Shown here one piece after another: positions 30,541 to 39,494 of a stretch of 64,000 bases of DNA; position 1 is the first letter of the stretch; each line of letters opens with the position of its first letter. The stretch comes from Saprospiraceae bacterium (lineage in GTDB: Bacteria; Bacteroidota; Bacteroidia; Chitinophagales; Saprospiraceae). Below the pieces are notes generated by a model, which made no database searches, was not told the DNA's origin, and was given only the letters and a program-made list of their open reading frames with translations. The position numbers were made by a program, and so were the translations under genes. The stretch lies in contig CBDCPZ010000025.1 in NCBI GenBank assembly GCA_965220465.1, positions 918,936 to 982,935 on the forward strand. Reading direction: 5' to 3'.

Positions 30541-31158
30541 ATGGTGTTATTGTTTTTAGAAGATTGGTGGGGGCCATTGAGCAGTACTGAAAAAGTATTT
30601 TGGGGAATTTCTCTTGTATTTAGTGTATTGTTTCTTATCCAATTTGTAGTCAGTCTGATAGGATTAGATTTTGATACCGATTCGGATGTCGATGTCCATG
30701 CTGATGTTGACACACATAGTGATTACCACCTAGATCCCAGTTTTACCATTTTATCAGTTCGAAGTATCATTGCATTTTTCACCTTCTTTGGTTGGACAGG
30801 AGTATTGGTGTTAAATGCAGGAGGAAGTGTGTGGGCAGCTATCGGTTTTTCAAGTTTGGCTGGTCTGGCAGCCATGTTTATCGTAGGTTATGTTATTTAC
30901 CTTTTTACGACTTTAACCGAGCAGGGAACTACCCAATTATCCAAAGCGCTTTACAGCACAGGGGAAGTTTATCTGTCCATACCAGCCAATAAAAACGGGC
31001 AAGGCAAAGTACATATTAAAATACAAGGCGCATTGAAAGAAGTTGATGCTGTAACTAACGGAGATGCACTACCAACAGGTTCAGCAATCAAAGTAGTAGA
31101 AGTAATTGACGATAACCTGATACTAGTTGAACAGGCTGACTTCTTCTTGAAAAATTAA
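30541..31158 (+). CDS. NfeD/YqiJ-like membrane protein (flotillin partner)
   Basis: Has TM helices, an acidic D-rich segment and a C-terminal OB-fold-like domain. It sits immediately upstream of the flotillin gene, as in E. coli yqiJ-yqiK. Confidence 0.6.
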   Translation: MVLLFLEDWWGPLSSTEKVFWGISLVFSVLFLIQFVVSLIGLDFDTDSDVDVHADVDTHSDYHLDPSFTILSVRSIIAFFTFFGWTGVLVLNAGGSVWAAIGFSSLAGLAAMFIVGYVIYLFTTLTEQGTTQLSKALYSTGEVYLSIPANKNGQGKVHIKIQGALKEVDAVTNGDALPTGSAIKVVEVIDDNLILVEQADFFLKN

Positions 31159-31274
31159 TAACAATCCAATTCTTAATGAGTAATTTTAACCAATATAAAT
31201 TCTGCTTTGCAGAACAGTTACACTATAGCTAACATTTTACAAAAAATCATTTTCAAATTAAAAACTAATCAATC

Positions 31275-32726
31275 ATGGATCAACTACTCATCATAACATT
31301 AGGCCTAATCGGACTTGTATTTATCATGCTTATGTGGGGAGCATCGCGGTATAAACGTTGCCCTTCGGATAAGATTTTGGTTATCTATGGTCGAACTGGA
31401 AGTGGATCTGCAAAATGTCTTGCGGGTGGCGCTGATTTTGTATGGCCAGTGATTCAAGACTATGAATATCTCGATCTTACTCCAATTTCGATCGACGTGG
31501 ATTTGAAGGGCGCGTTGAGTAAACAAAACATCCGGGTGTCTGTTCCATCTAGATTTACAGTTGGGGTTTCCAATCAGGAAGGCGTTATGCTCAATGCAGC
31601 AGAAAGGCTTTTAGGTAAAACGAACGAACAAATTCAACACATCGCTAAAGATATTATTTTTGGACAGCTACGTTTGGTTGTTGCAACAATGGATATTGAA
31701 GAGATCAATTCGGATCGTGACAAATTTCTTTCTAACGTTTCTACGAACGTTGGAGCAGAACTACGGAAAATTGGTCTTTCCCTCATAAATGTAAATGTGA
31801 CTGACATTCAGGACGAATCCGGTTATATTGAAGCGTTAGGAAAAGAAGCGGCGGCTAAAGCAATCAACGATGCAAAAATGAGCGTTGCTGAAAAAAATCG
31901 TGATGGATCAATTGGGCAGGCCAATGCAAACAAAGACGAAAGGATTCAGGTATCAGATGCTAATGCTGGTGCTTCGATCGGTGAAGCAGACGCTGAAGCA
32001 AAATCCATTGATGGTGCCAATCTTGCAAAAATTAAAATTGCTCAATCAAATGCAGAGCGCCAGGTTAAAGAAGCGGAATCATTGCGTTTAGCGACAGCCG
32101 CAGAGAAAATCCAAAAGGCGAAAGCATTGGAAGAAGCATATCTCGCTGAAAAAGAAGCGGAACAAGCGCGTGCTGCCAGAGAGATGGCAACCCGAGAAGC
32201 GGATACCATCGTCCAAGCTCAAATCGACAAACAAAAAATGGTCATCGACGCTGAAGCAGAAGCCGAACAAATCAGGGCACTTGCGAAAGGAGAAGCAGAC
32301 GCTATCTTCTTAAAGAAAGAAGCGGAAGCGAAAGGTATGTATCAAGTTTTAAGCAAACAAGCTGATGGGTTTGGTCAAATCGTAAAAGCTGCAGGTGGAA
32401 ATTCAAAAGATGCTGTTTTGATGCTCATTGCTGACAAATTGGAAGAATTGGTTAAAACTCAGGTTGAAGCCATCAAAAACATCAAGATTGATAAAGTCAC
32501 AGTTTGGGAAGGCGGAAATAAAGAAGGCGAAGGGAATTCCACTTCCAAGTTTGTTTCAGGGTTGTACAAATCTGTTCCTCCGCTGAACGATCTTTTTAAT
32601 ATGGCAGGGATGGATTTACCGCAATACCTTGGGAATACAAACACTCCTGAAAATGGCAATGATAAAGAAGAAGTTGTTGAGTTAAAAGAGTTGCCGAAAA
32701 ATACTGATAAAAAGGAAAAGTCATAA
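31275..32726 (+). CDS. Flotillin-family SPFH protein (YqiK-like)
   Basis: A 483-aa ORF with an N-terminal TM helix, an SPFH domain and a long EA-rich coiled-coil (AEKEAEQARAAREMATREADT). Confidence 0.8.
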   Translation: MDQLLIITLGLIGLVFIMLMWGASRYKRCPSDKILVIYGRTGSGSAKCLAGGADFVWPVIQDYEYLDLTPISIDVDLKGALSKQNIRVSVPSRFTVGVSNQEGVMLNAAERLLGKTNEQIQHIAKDIIFGQLRLVVATMDIEEINSDRDKFLSNVSTNVGAELRKIGLSLINVNVTDIQDESGYIEALGKEAAAKAINDAKMSVAEKNRDGSIGQANANKDERIQVSDANAGASIGEADAEAKSIDGANLAKIKIAQSNAERQVKEAESLRLATAAEKIQKAKALEEAYLAEKEAEQARAAREMATREADTIVQAQIDKQKMVIDAEAEAEQIRALAKGEADAIFLKKEAEAKGMYQVLSKQADGFGQIVKAAGGNSKDAVLMLIADKLEELVKTQVEAIKNIKIDKVTVWEGGNKEGEGNSTSKFVSGLYKSVPPLNDLFNMAGMDLPQYLGNTNTPENGNDKEEVVELKELPKNTDKKEKS

Positions 32727-32788
32727 AATAAAAGCTATGTATTCTGGAAGGGCATCGTTTATCGATTGCCCTTTTTTTATATCTTCAA

Positions 32789-33805
32789 TTGAAAATGAAA
32801 AAAATCCTCATCCTTGGAGGCACCAATTTCATCGGCCGGGTTTTCACAGAACAGCTTCTGGCGCATGAAAATTATGACATCACGATTTTCCAACGGGGAT
32901 CTACCAATTCTCAATTATTTCCAAACATTCGCCGAATATTAGGTGACCGATATACCAATGATATTTTAAAAGTCGCTAAAGAGGATTGGGATATCATTGT
33001 TGATATTTCCTGCTATTTTCCTTCATCTCTTGAGTTATTAATTCCAAATTTGAAAGGCCGAGTTGGTCGGTACATTTATATTTCGACCGTTTCTGCATAC
33101 AGTTGGCAAGATAATGAAAACCAACTCATTACTGAAGATTTTAAAAAAGTAAGCTTTGATGAATCACAAATACGGGATCCAGAAAAAATGAAACATTATG
33201 CTGAAAAAAAAGCTGCTTGTGAGGTCGTATTAGATCAACAGGATTGGTTGGACAAAATCATTCTGCGGCCAGCTCTGGTTTATGGCCAATATGACTATAC
33301 TGACCGAATGTACTATTGGATTCACCGAATCAATAATTTTCAAAAAATCCTCATCCCAAATGACGGAAACGAAAAACTCAATTTTACTTTCGTAGAAGAT
33401 TTAGCTGCCATCATGCGTGAAGCGATCACTATTAAAAAACATCAAACGTATTACAATTTGACAACCCATGATATAATCCCAACACATCATATTTATAACA
33501 CGATTGCTAAAGTTTCAAACAAAAACCCGGAGTATGTCAAACTGCCTCAAACATTTGCAGAAGTGCATGATCTAAAACCATGGGTGGATATTCCGCTTTG
33601 CACTAATTATCAAGGAAAAAGTTCTGCTATTTTTGATAATCAAAAAATTAAATCTGATTTCAAAACTCAATTCACCTCCTTTGAGGAATCCATCCTCAAG
33701 ACCTATAAATTTTATCAAAAACTTAATTTTCCTGAACCGATAGCTGGTATTTCAAGAGCTAAAGAAGAAGAATTAATAAATCAACTGAGTTTGACAGCAC
33801 TTTAG
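32789..33805 (+). CDS. NAD-dependent epimerase/dehydratase-family (SDR) oxidoreductase
   Basis: Has the Rossmann motif ILILGGTNFIGR. Confidence 0.7.
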   Translation: MKMKKILILGGTNFIGRVFTEQLLAHENYDITIFQRGSTNSQLFPNIRRILGDRYTNDILKVAKEDWDIIVDISCYFPSSLELLIPNLKGRVGRYIYISTVSAYSWQDNENQLITEDFKKVSFDESQIRDPEKMKHYAEKKAACEVVLDQQDWLDKIILRPALVYGQYDYTDRMYYWIHRINNFQKILIPNDGNEKLNFTFVEDLAAIMREAITIKKHQTYYNLTTHDIIPTHHIYNTIAKVSNKNPEYVKLPQTFAEVHDLKPWVDIPLCTNYQGKSSAIFDNQKIKSDFKTQFTSFEESILKTYKFYQKLNFPEPIAGISRAKEEELINQLSLTAL

Positions 33806-33864
33806 AAAAAATAGTTGCTTCGGTTTCAATCCTCCATAAAAACATAGCGGGATTTCTACTATAT

Positions 33865-34782
33865 TTGCAACCTAAAACAATCACCTTTGTGCAACCTATC
33901 TCAAAGCAATTAACCAAACCTCCAACTTTAAAAGCATGGCTCCTTTTGGGCCTTCTGGGATTGGTTTGGGGAAGTTCCTATGTTTTGATAAAAAAAGGGT
34001 TAGAAGCTTTCAGCCCTGAGCAGGTTGCTTGCTTGCGAATTGGTATAACTGCTCTGGCTTTTTTACCTGTTTTCATTCTGCGTTTCAAAAAAATTGATTG
34101 GTCAAAGTTGAAATATTTTGCTGTTGTTGGATTTGCAGGCAGTTTTTTTCCGGCATTTCTATTCTCTTATGCACAAACCCAAATCAGTAGTTCAGTTACC
34201 GGCGTTTTAAGTTCTCTCACGCCACTTTTCACATTAGCCTTAGGTATTTTGTTTTTTAAAACGCCTTTTTTCTGGACAAAAGTAATTGGCGTTTTGATAG
34301 GTTTAGCTGGCGCTGTTTTATTAATTATTTTTGGCAAAGAAGCAGGTTCCGATGGCAATATTTGGTATGGATTGCTGGTCGTTTTAGGAAGCCTGCTTTA
34401 TGCTTCCAGTGCCAATACCGTTGGAACTTATTTGCAAAACATGGATGCATTGATCATTAGTGCAGTATCGTTCATATTGATCGGATTTCCTGCGATCAGT
34501 TATCTTTTTTACTCCGATTTCACAGCTGTTTTAATCGAAAAAGAAAATGGCTGGGCAGCTTTAGGATATATCAGTATTTTATCCCTTTTTGGGACAGTCA
34601 TAGCTACTGTTTTGTTTTTCAGGCTTGTTCAGATAACCGACGCTGTTTTCTCATCAACGGTTAGTTATTTAATCCCATTGGTTGCAATAATGTGGGGCGC
34701 AGTAGTTGGGGAACCGATCACTTTTTATCATCTGATTGGAATGATTTTGATTTTATTTGGCGTATATATTTCTAGGAAATGA
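33865..34782 (+). CDS. DMT-superfamily (EamA) transporter (TTG start)
   Basis: A ten-TM protein with two EamA repeats. Confidence 0.75.
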   Translation: MQPKTITFVQPISKQLTKPPTLKAWLLLGLLGLVWGSSYVLIKKGLEAFSPEQVACLRIGITALAFLPVFILRFKKIDWSKLKYFAVVGFAGSFFPAFLFSYAQTQISSSVTGVLSSLTPLFTLALGILFFKTPFFWTKVIGVLIGLAGAVLLIIFGKEAGSDGNIWYGLLVVLGSLLYASSANTVGTYLQNMDALIISAVSFILIGFPAISYLFYSDFTAVLIEKENGWAALGYISILSLFGTVIATVLFFRLVQITDAVFSSTVSYLIPLVAIMWGAVVGEPITFYHLIGMILILFGVYISRK

Positions 34783-35168
34783 GTCAACAAATTCCATATT
34801 TATATGTCGCTTCCAGCGAACTCCACGACCGGGGAGTTTTTTGTGCAACCTTTATTCCCGAAGGAAGCATCATCGAAATATGTCCGGTGCTTTTCATTCC
34901 GGAAAGTGATATGGATGCCCTCAAAAAGACTGTTTTATACGATTATTATTTCACCTGGGGTGAAGATGACAAAAGTGGCGGTATTGCTTTAGGCTACGGT
35001 TCCATTTACAATCATCATCATCAACCAAACGCCAGATATTATGTGGATTATGAAGGGCTTAGTTTAAAAATTTATGCAATTAAAGATATTGAAGCCGGTG
35101 AAGAAATCACCTTCAATTATAACGGTGATCCCGAAGATCAATCAAAGGTGTGGTTTGAAAAGGGTTAG
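34779..35168 (+). CDS. SET-domain protein (putative lysine methyltransferase)
   Basis: A 129-aa ORF with the SET motifs GRGVFA..., NHHHQPN (an NHSCxPN variant) and a C-terminal Y. It overlaps the EamA stop (ATGA). Confidence 0.6.
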   Translation: MSQQIPYLYVASSELHDRGVFCATFIPEGSIIEICPVLFIPESDMDALKKTVLYDYYFTWGEDDKSGGIALGYGSIYNHHHQPNARYYVDYEGLSLKIYAIKDIEAGEEITFNYNGDPEDQSKVWFEKG

Positions 35169-35403
35169 AATGAAAGTGCAATTTAAAAAAAGCCCCTCCT
35201 CACTTTCCAACAATTATTTTAATTGTAGGATATTGAAAAGGGGTCGGTTTTGGGATCTTTCGGATCTGCATAGTGGATTAATACTTATGTGGGATTAATA
35301 AAATGTGGTGAAAAATTGCTGTGAATCCAGCAGGGAGTGTTCTCTTTTGTAAAAATAACGAAAAGATTTAATATTTCGCTGTTTTGCTTATATTTTTAAT
35401 AAT

Positions 35404-36343
35404 GAAGTTGTTTTAAAATAAGCTTCTCCAAAAAGATGGGGATATATAAAAATGTTGCAAAAGCATTAAATTGTTAGTTCTCCCACAAACGATTTAAAAC
35501 CTGTTGCAACATGTATGTAAATTTATCTAAAAAGTTCATTACAAAAAATTTATTACCACACTTGAGCCAAACTAATCTTGGCAGAAAAACAAAAATTCCT
35601 TTATGGCGAATAATAAAAGCTATAATTTATCGGCTCAAAAGTGGTTGCCAATGGCGTGAAATTCCAATCGCTGCTTTTTGCAGCAGGACATTAATCACTT
35701 GGAATACAATGTATTATCACTTTAGAAAGTGGTCAAAAGATGGATCATGGAAACGGATGTGGGCAATTTTACTTTCGATTAATAAATCAAAGTTAGATAT
35801 GTCTTCTGTTCAATTAGATGGTTCACATACACCTGCCAAAAGAGGAGGTGAAGCGGTAGGGTATCAGAATCGGAAAAAATCAAAAACAACGAATGCATTG
35901 TTTTTAACGGATAAACAAGGAATTCCTTTAAGCATTTCTGACCCTATTGATGGAAACCATAATGACCTTTTTGACATTGAAATTTTCTTCGCCAAAATGT
36001 TATCCGATTTAGAACAATCGCAAATAGAAACAAACGGATTGTTTTTAAATGCAGACGCTGGTTTTGATAGTGAAGGATTTCGAGAAATCTGTTTTTCAAA
36101 CGGAATTATCGCTAATATTGATTTTAATAAACGAAATTCCAAAAACACTGACAATCAACCTCTTTTGGATGATTTACTTTATAAAGAACGTTTTTCAGTT
36201 GAGAGAACAAATGCTTGGATTGATGCTTTTAAAGCACTCCTGGTCAGATTTGAAACCAAATCTCAAACCTGGTTGAGCTTGCATTATTTAGCATTCTCTC
36301 TCATTCTGATTAGAATTTAAACATATCATTTTAAAACAACTTC
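35404..36343 (+). mobile_element. IS5-family (IS1031/IS427-group-like) insertion sequence, ~940 bp
   Basis: A 16-bp perfect terminal inverted repeat gaagttgttttaaaat (35404-35419) matches attttaaaacaacttc (36328-36343). It is flanked by AAT on both sides (35401-35403 and 36344-36346), a TNA-like target duplication. It encloses the transposase ORF. Confidence 0.65.
35511..36320 (+). CDS. IS5-family DDE transposase
   Basis: Has an N-terminal DUF4096-like region with WREIP and a DDE domain (LDGSHTPAKRGGEAVGYQ...ADAGFDSEGFRE...ERTNAW). Confidence 0.8.
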   Translation: MYVNLSKKFITKNLLPHLSQTNLGRKTKIPLWRIIKAIIYRLKSGCQWREIPIAAFCSRTLITWNTMYYHFRKWSKDGSWKRMWAILLSINKSKLDMSSVQLDGSHTPAKRGGEAVGYQNRKKSKTTNALFLTDKQGIPLSISDPIDGNHNDLFDIEIFFAKMLSDLEQSQIETNGLFLNADAGFDSEGFREICFSNGIIANIDFNKRNSKNTDNQPLLDDLLYKERFSVERTNAWIDAFKALLVRFETKSQTWLSLHYLAFSLILIRI

Positions 36344-36375
36344 AATAACTTTTACCTACAATAATTTAGATAATT

Positions 36376-36897
36376 TTAATTAGGTTCCTTAAACCAACCG
36401 CTGTACATCACATAATTATCAGCGATCCGTTTAATCGTATCTTTAAAAGCTTCCGGGCTTAATGGCTTTACTTTTTTGGCGGGGATTCCGGCGTAAATAT
36501 ATCCGGATTCAAGATGACTATTTTCTAAAACAACGGCTCCGGCAGCTATAAGGCAATTCGATTCTACAATTGCGTGGTCCATCACAATGGCGCCCATACC
36601 GATGAGAACATTGTCTTTGATCGTGCAACCATGCACAATAGCGCGATGTCCGATTGAAACATTATTTCCAATAAAAGTAGCTGCTTTTTGGTAAGTACAA
36701 TGGATAATCGCAGCATCCTGAATATTCACTTTATTGCCGATCCTGATGCTGTTGACATCTCCCCTGATGACGGACTGGAACCAAAAACTGCAATCGTCTC
36801 CGGCGATAACATCACCAACAATCGTGGCATTTTCGGCGAGGTAGCAATTTTTTCCAAAAACAGGAGAAACCCCTTTTACAGATTTGATTAAAGCCAA
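36376..36897 (-). CDS. Gamma-carbonic-anhydrase-like hexapeptide-repeat protein
   Basis: Has a left-handed beta-helix hexapeptide pattern and the His triad context of gamma-CA/PaaY/YrdA proteins. Confidence 0.75.
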   Translation of the reverse strand: MALIKSVKGVSPVFGKNCYLAENATIVGDVIAGDDCSFWFQSVIRGDVNSIRIGNKVNIQDAAIIHCTYQKAATFIGNNVSIGHRAIVHGCTIKDNVLIGMGAIVMDHAIVESNCLIAAGAVVLENSHLESGYIYAGIPAKKVKPLSPEAFKDTIKRIADNYVMYSGWFKEPN

Positions 36898-36902
36898 TTT
36901 TT

Positions 36903-37886
36903 CTATTTTGTTTTTGAAATGTGAAGTGGGTTGAGTGTATACCCTTCTTGTCGAAGTAACCTGATTACGCCGTTTTCGCCACCAAGATGACCCGCTCCAA
37001 CTGCAAAAAAAGTAGGTTTTTCTTTCATCATTCCTTGCATGACAGGAATCCAGTTGCGGTTTCGATTGACCAGCAAAACATCCTCATAATCTCCAATTCC
37101 TGCTTCTTCGCTTTTGAACATTTCCTGCATACCTTCAATATCCTCACTTAAATACATATCTATCATTTCTTGAAATTGACCTGAGCCTTCAGATTCTGCT
37201 TTCAGGCTTTCAACCAACATCTGAGCCTGATCCGTTAACGGAATACTATCAAAAATGCTGATCTGGTATTCTATCGTTTCGAGGCCAGCCATTTCCTTTT
37301 CCATTTGCTGAGCCATTTGCATAAATTCCATTTCATAAGAAACCAGCTCGCCATTTTGCAAACCATTTGGATCCATGTCTCCTGAAGCAAAAGTGGTTAA
37401 AAACATAGGTTTTACCCGATCGAGAATACCCGTCATCATCGCTGGAAGCCCTAACTCAGCAAATTTCTCTTTTACAAAATTATACTCTTCTTCGCTCAAC
37501 AAATCCTTAAGCGTCATGGCATCAGGCATCATCACTTTGCTAATCAATGTGAACATAGTGGACAAGTCGTTCATTTCTTCCATATTGATTTCAAAAGTGA
37601 TTCGTTCACTTTTATCAAAAGAAGCTTTGGTCTGATCGCTAAGAATAAAGTCATCTTTGTTAATAATGTGGATCGTTCCGTAAAGAAAGGATGGTTTGTC
37701 CAATCCTTTTCCGCTGATTTCCCAAAGCAGTGATTTCTCCAGGCCCGTTTCGATCGATTTTACGGAATCTTCTTGTACTTTTTCGGGAATTTCAATGGCC
37801 ACTTGTCCAATAGAAAAGTTGAAAGAAAGCACAAAAAGAAAAAGGGTAATAAATATTTTATTCATCATTTTATTTTTTTCAAGCAT
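36903..37886 (-). CDS. TraB/GumN-family protein
   Basis: Has a signal peptide and the GumN motifs (FLYGTIHIINKDDF; AVGAGHLGGENG). Confidence 0.7.
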   Translation of the reverse strand: MLEKNKMMNKIFITLFLFVLSFNFSIGQVAIEIPEKVQEDSVKSIETGLEKSLLWEISGKGLDKPSFLYGTIHIINKDDFILSDQTKASFDKSERITFEINMEEMNDLSTMFTLISKVMMPDAMTLKDLLSEEEYNFVKEKFAELGLPAMMTGILDRVKPMFLTTFASGDMDPNGLQNGELVSYEMEFMQMAQQMEKEMAGLETIEYQISIFDSIPLTDQAQMLVESLKAESEGSGQFQEMIDMYLSEDIEGMQEMFKSEEAGIGDYEDVLLVNRNRNWIPVMQGMMKEKPTFFAVGAGHLGGENGVIRLLRQEGYTLNPLHISKTK

Positions 37887-37942
37887 TAAAGTTATGGCTT
37901 ATTAAACCAAATAACTTGCATCAGGTTTTAAATAGTTTTAGT

Positions 37943-38078
37943 GTTGTTCAAAAAATTAAATCCTTTTTTCAATTTTAAATTAAGGCTCATCTTCTCTACC
38001 TTTCAGTCGTTCAACTTTCACCTAAATTTAAAATGTCGGATTTATTTTTTAACTGTTTTAATTATTTGCATCAAAATA
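37943..38078 (+). repeat. Intergenic repeat, copy A (~84% identical to copy B at 43566)
   Basis: Direct alignment of ttgttcaaaaaat...ctcatcttc...aaaatgtcggatttatt with the copy at 43566. The core runs 37943-38052 and the weaker tail overlaps the last codons of the 38058..39011 gene. Confidence 0.55.
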
Positions 38079-39011
38079 TTCTACAATACTCATCAACATT
38101 TCAATATCTTCAAAAAACTCCCGAACCAATTCAAAACTAACGTTTGATCTGAGTATAAAAGGTTCGAGGATATCCTTTGGTTCTGTAATTCCAATATAAA
38201 TTTGACTTTCAATAAAGGAAATATAAATTTCTTTCTTTGTCTCGTGGCGATATTTAACAATTGCGTTTTGCATATCTGTCGACAATAGGGAAGCGACATT
38301 AGCATTTTTTGTTGCAAAAGTCATGAATAATTCATTAAATCGCTCTTCCAAATGCTGGTCATATTCCTCTCCACCCTGCGTATTAAATGCTCTAATTGAA
38401 CGAGAAAGATACTGCTTAAATTCTCTCGGCAAAACAAGGATTTTTCCTCGAAGCGGTAAATTAAAAGTGGTGTGTAAAAAAATACCACGAAAAACATAAT
38501 TCAGTCGGTTTCTTACTTTCGAAAACTCTTTTACATTCAATTCGCACATTTCAAAATCCAGTTCTCCTATTTTGCCGCTTATAAAATCTTCTCCCTGATA
38601 AAATGGAGCCTCCGTTCCAAACAACTGGCTGGCTATAAAACGTTCCTTTTCGATACTTCGTTTGCTATCGTATTTTAAAGTGCCATAATTCAAGCCATCA
38701 TCAATAAAATCCAATATCAGGTTGACAACATGAGGTTTGAAGGTAGAGCGAAATCGCTGAATTCTATAAACCAGATAAGTTAAATACAAACCAATCGGTA
38801 TAAATAAAATCAAACTAACCACTAAAATGTTGAGATAAAATTGGATAAAAACTGCGGCGCCCAATAATAAAAATGAAACTACAAAAAGAAAAAGCAGGCG
38901 TTTCCGCCTTCGCTCCAAACGTAGTAATTCCGGATGGATGGTTTGATTATAAAAAAGGCGAAATTCTTTTATTCTTTTCACTTTAATTAATTGGTTCAAT
39001 TTCAGGCGCAA
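38058..39011 (-). CDS. Hypothetical two-TM membrane protein (possibly DUF3137-like)
   Basis: A 317-aa ORF with two N-terminal TM helices and then a soluble domain. The family assignment is uncertain. Confidence 0.4.
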   Translation of the reverse strand: MRLKLNQLIKVKRIKEFRLFYNQTIHPELLRLERRRKRLLFLFVVSFLLLGAAVFIQFYLNILVVSLILFIPIGLYLTYLVYRIQRFRSTFKPHVVNLILDFIDDGLNYGTLKYDSKRSIEKERFIASQLFGTEAPFYQGEDFISGKIGELDFEMCELNVKEFSKVRNRLNYVFRGIFLHTTFNLPLRGKILVLPREFKQYLSRSIRAFNTQGGEEYDQHLEERFNELFMTFATKNANVASLLSTDMQNAIVKYRHETKKEIYISFIESQIYIGITEPKDILEPFILRSNVSFELVREFFEDIEMLMSIVEYFDANN

Positions 39012-39494
39012 CTCGGATTAGCGAAGTAATTATTAACTTGTAGCTAATACCAATGAACAAAATATACAAAATGCTGGAAAAAGTGTGGAATAGAAATGAA
39101 AAACATGAGACACCGCGAATTTTGGAAAATCACAGAATAGCCTATAAAATAATTGATAATATTTTTTATCAAATAAGCTTAATAACTCGATTCATTACTC
39201 ATCACTTGCCTCCGGCGGCTGGCTTTTCCAGTCGATGAAAAGTCAGCAAAAATCCTTTTGCAATCACTATTTAATACCCCGTATCAAGCGGCGCAGAAAA
39301 TAAAATACATCTTCATCATTAATCTTAAAAATGAAAAACTTTTAACCGACCTTTTTTAGTTTTGGGCAACAATTCTTAGTGAAGATTTTGTGGGAAGGGT
39401 TGAGAAAGTAGCCATGTTTGAGCGAAGCGAGTTTGGCTATACGGCTAAATCAAGCTTAGGATTGTCCAAAAGGAAAAGCAGTCTTGATTTTTTG

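Noticed and set aside
30541-32726. NfeD/YqiJ-flotillin pair considered as a novel system
   Set aside because: It matches the well-known yqiJ-yqiK-type NfeD-SPFH operon architecture, so it is annotated as a feature only.
37941-38147. 68-aa ORF (MLFKKLNPFFNFKLRLIF...)
   Set aside because: It lies wholly inside the intergenic repeat copy A. The sequence is low-complexity and there is no equivalent ORF in copy B.
39053-39238. 61-aa ORF in the 550-bp gap upstream of the IS1634 transposase
   Set aside because: It has no recognisable motif or RBS context. It is probably non-coding promoter or IS-flank DNA.
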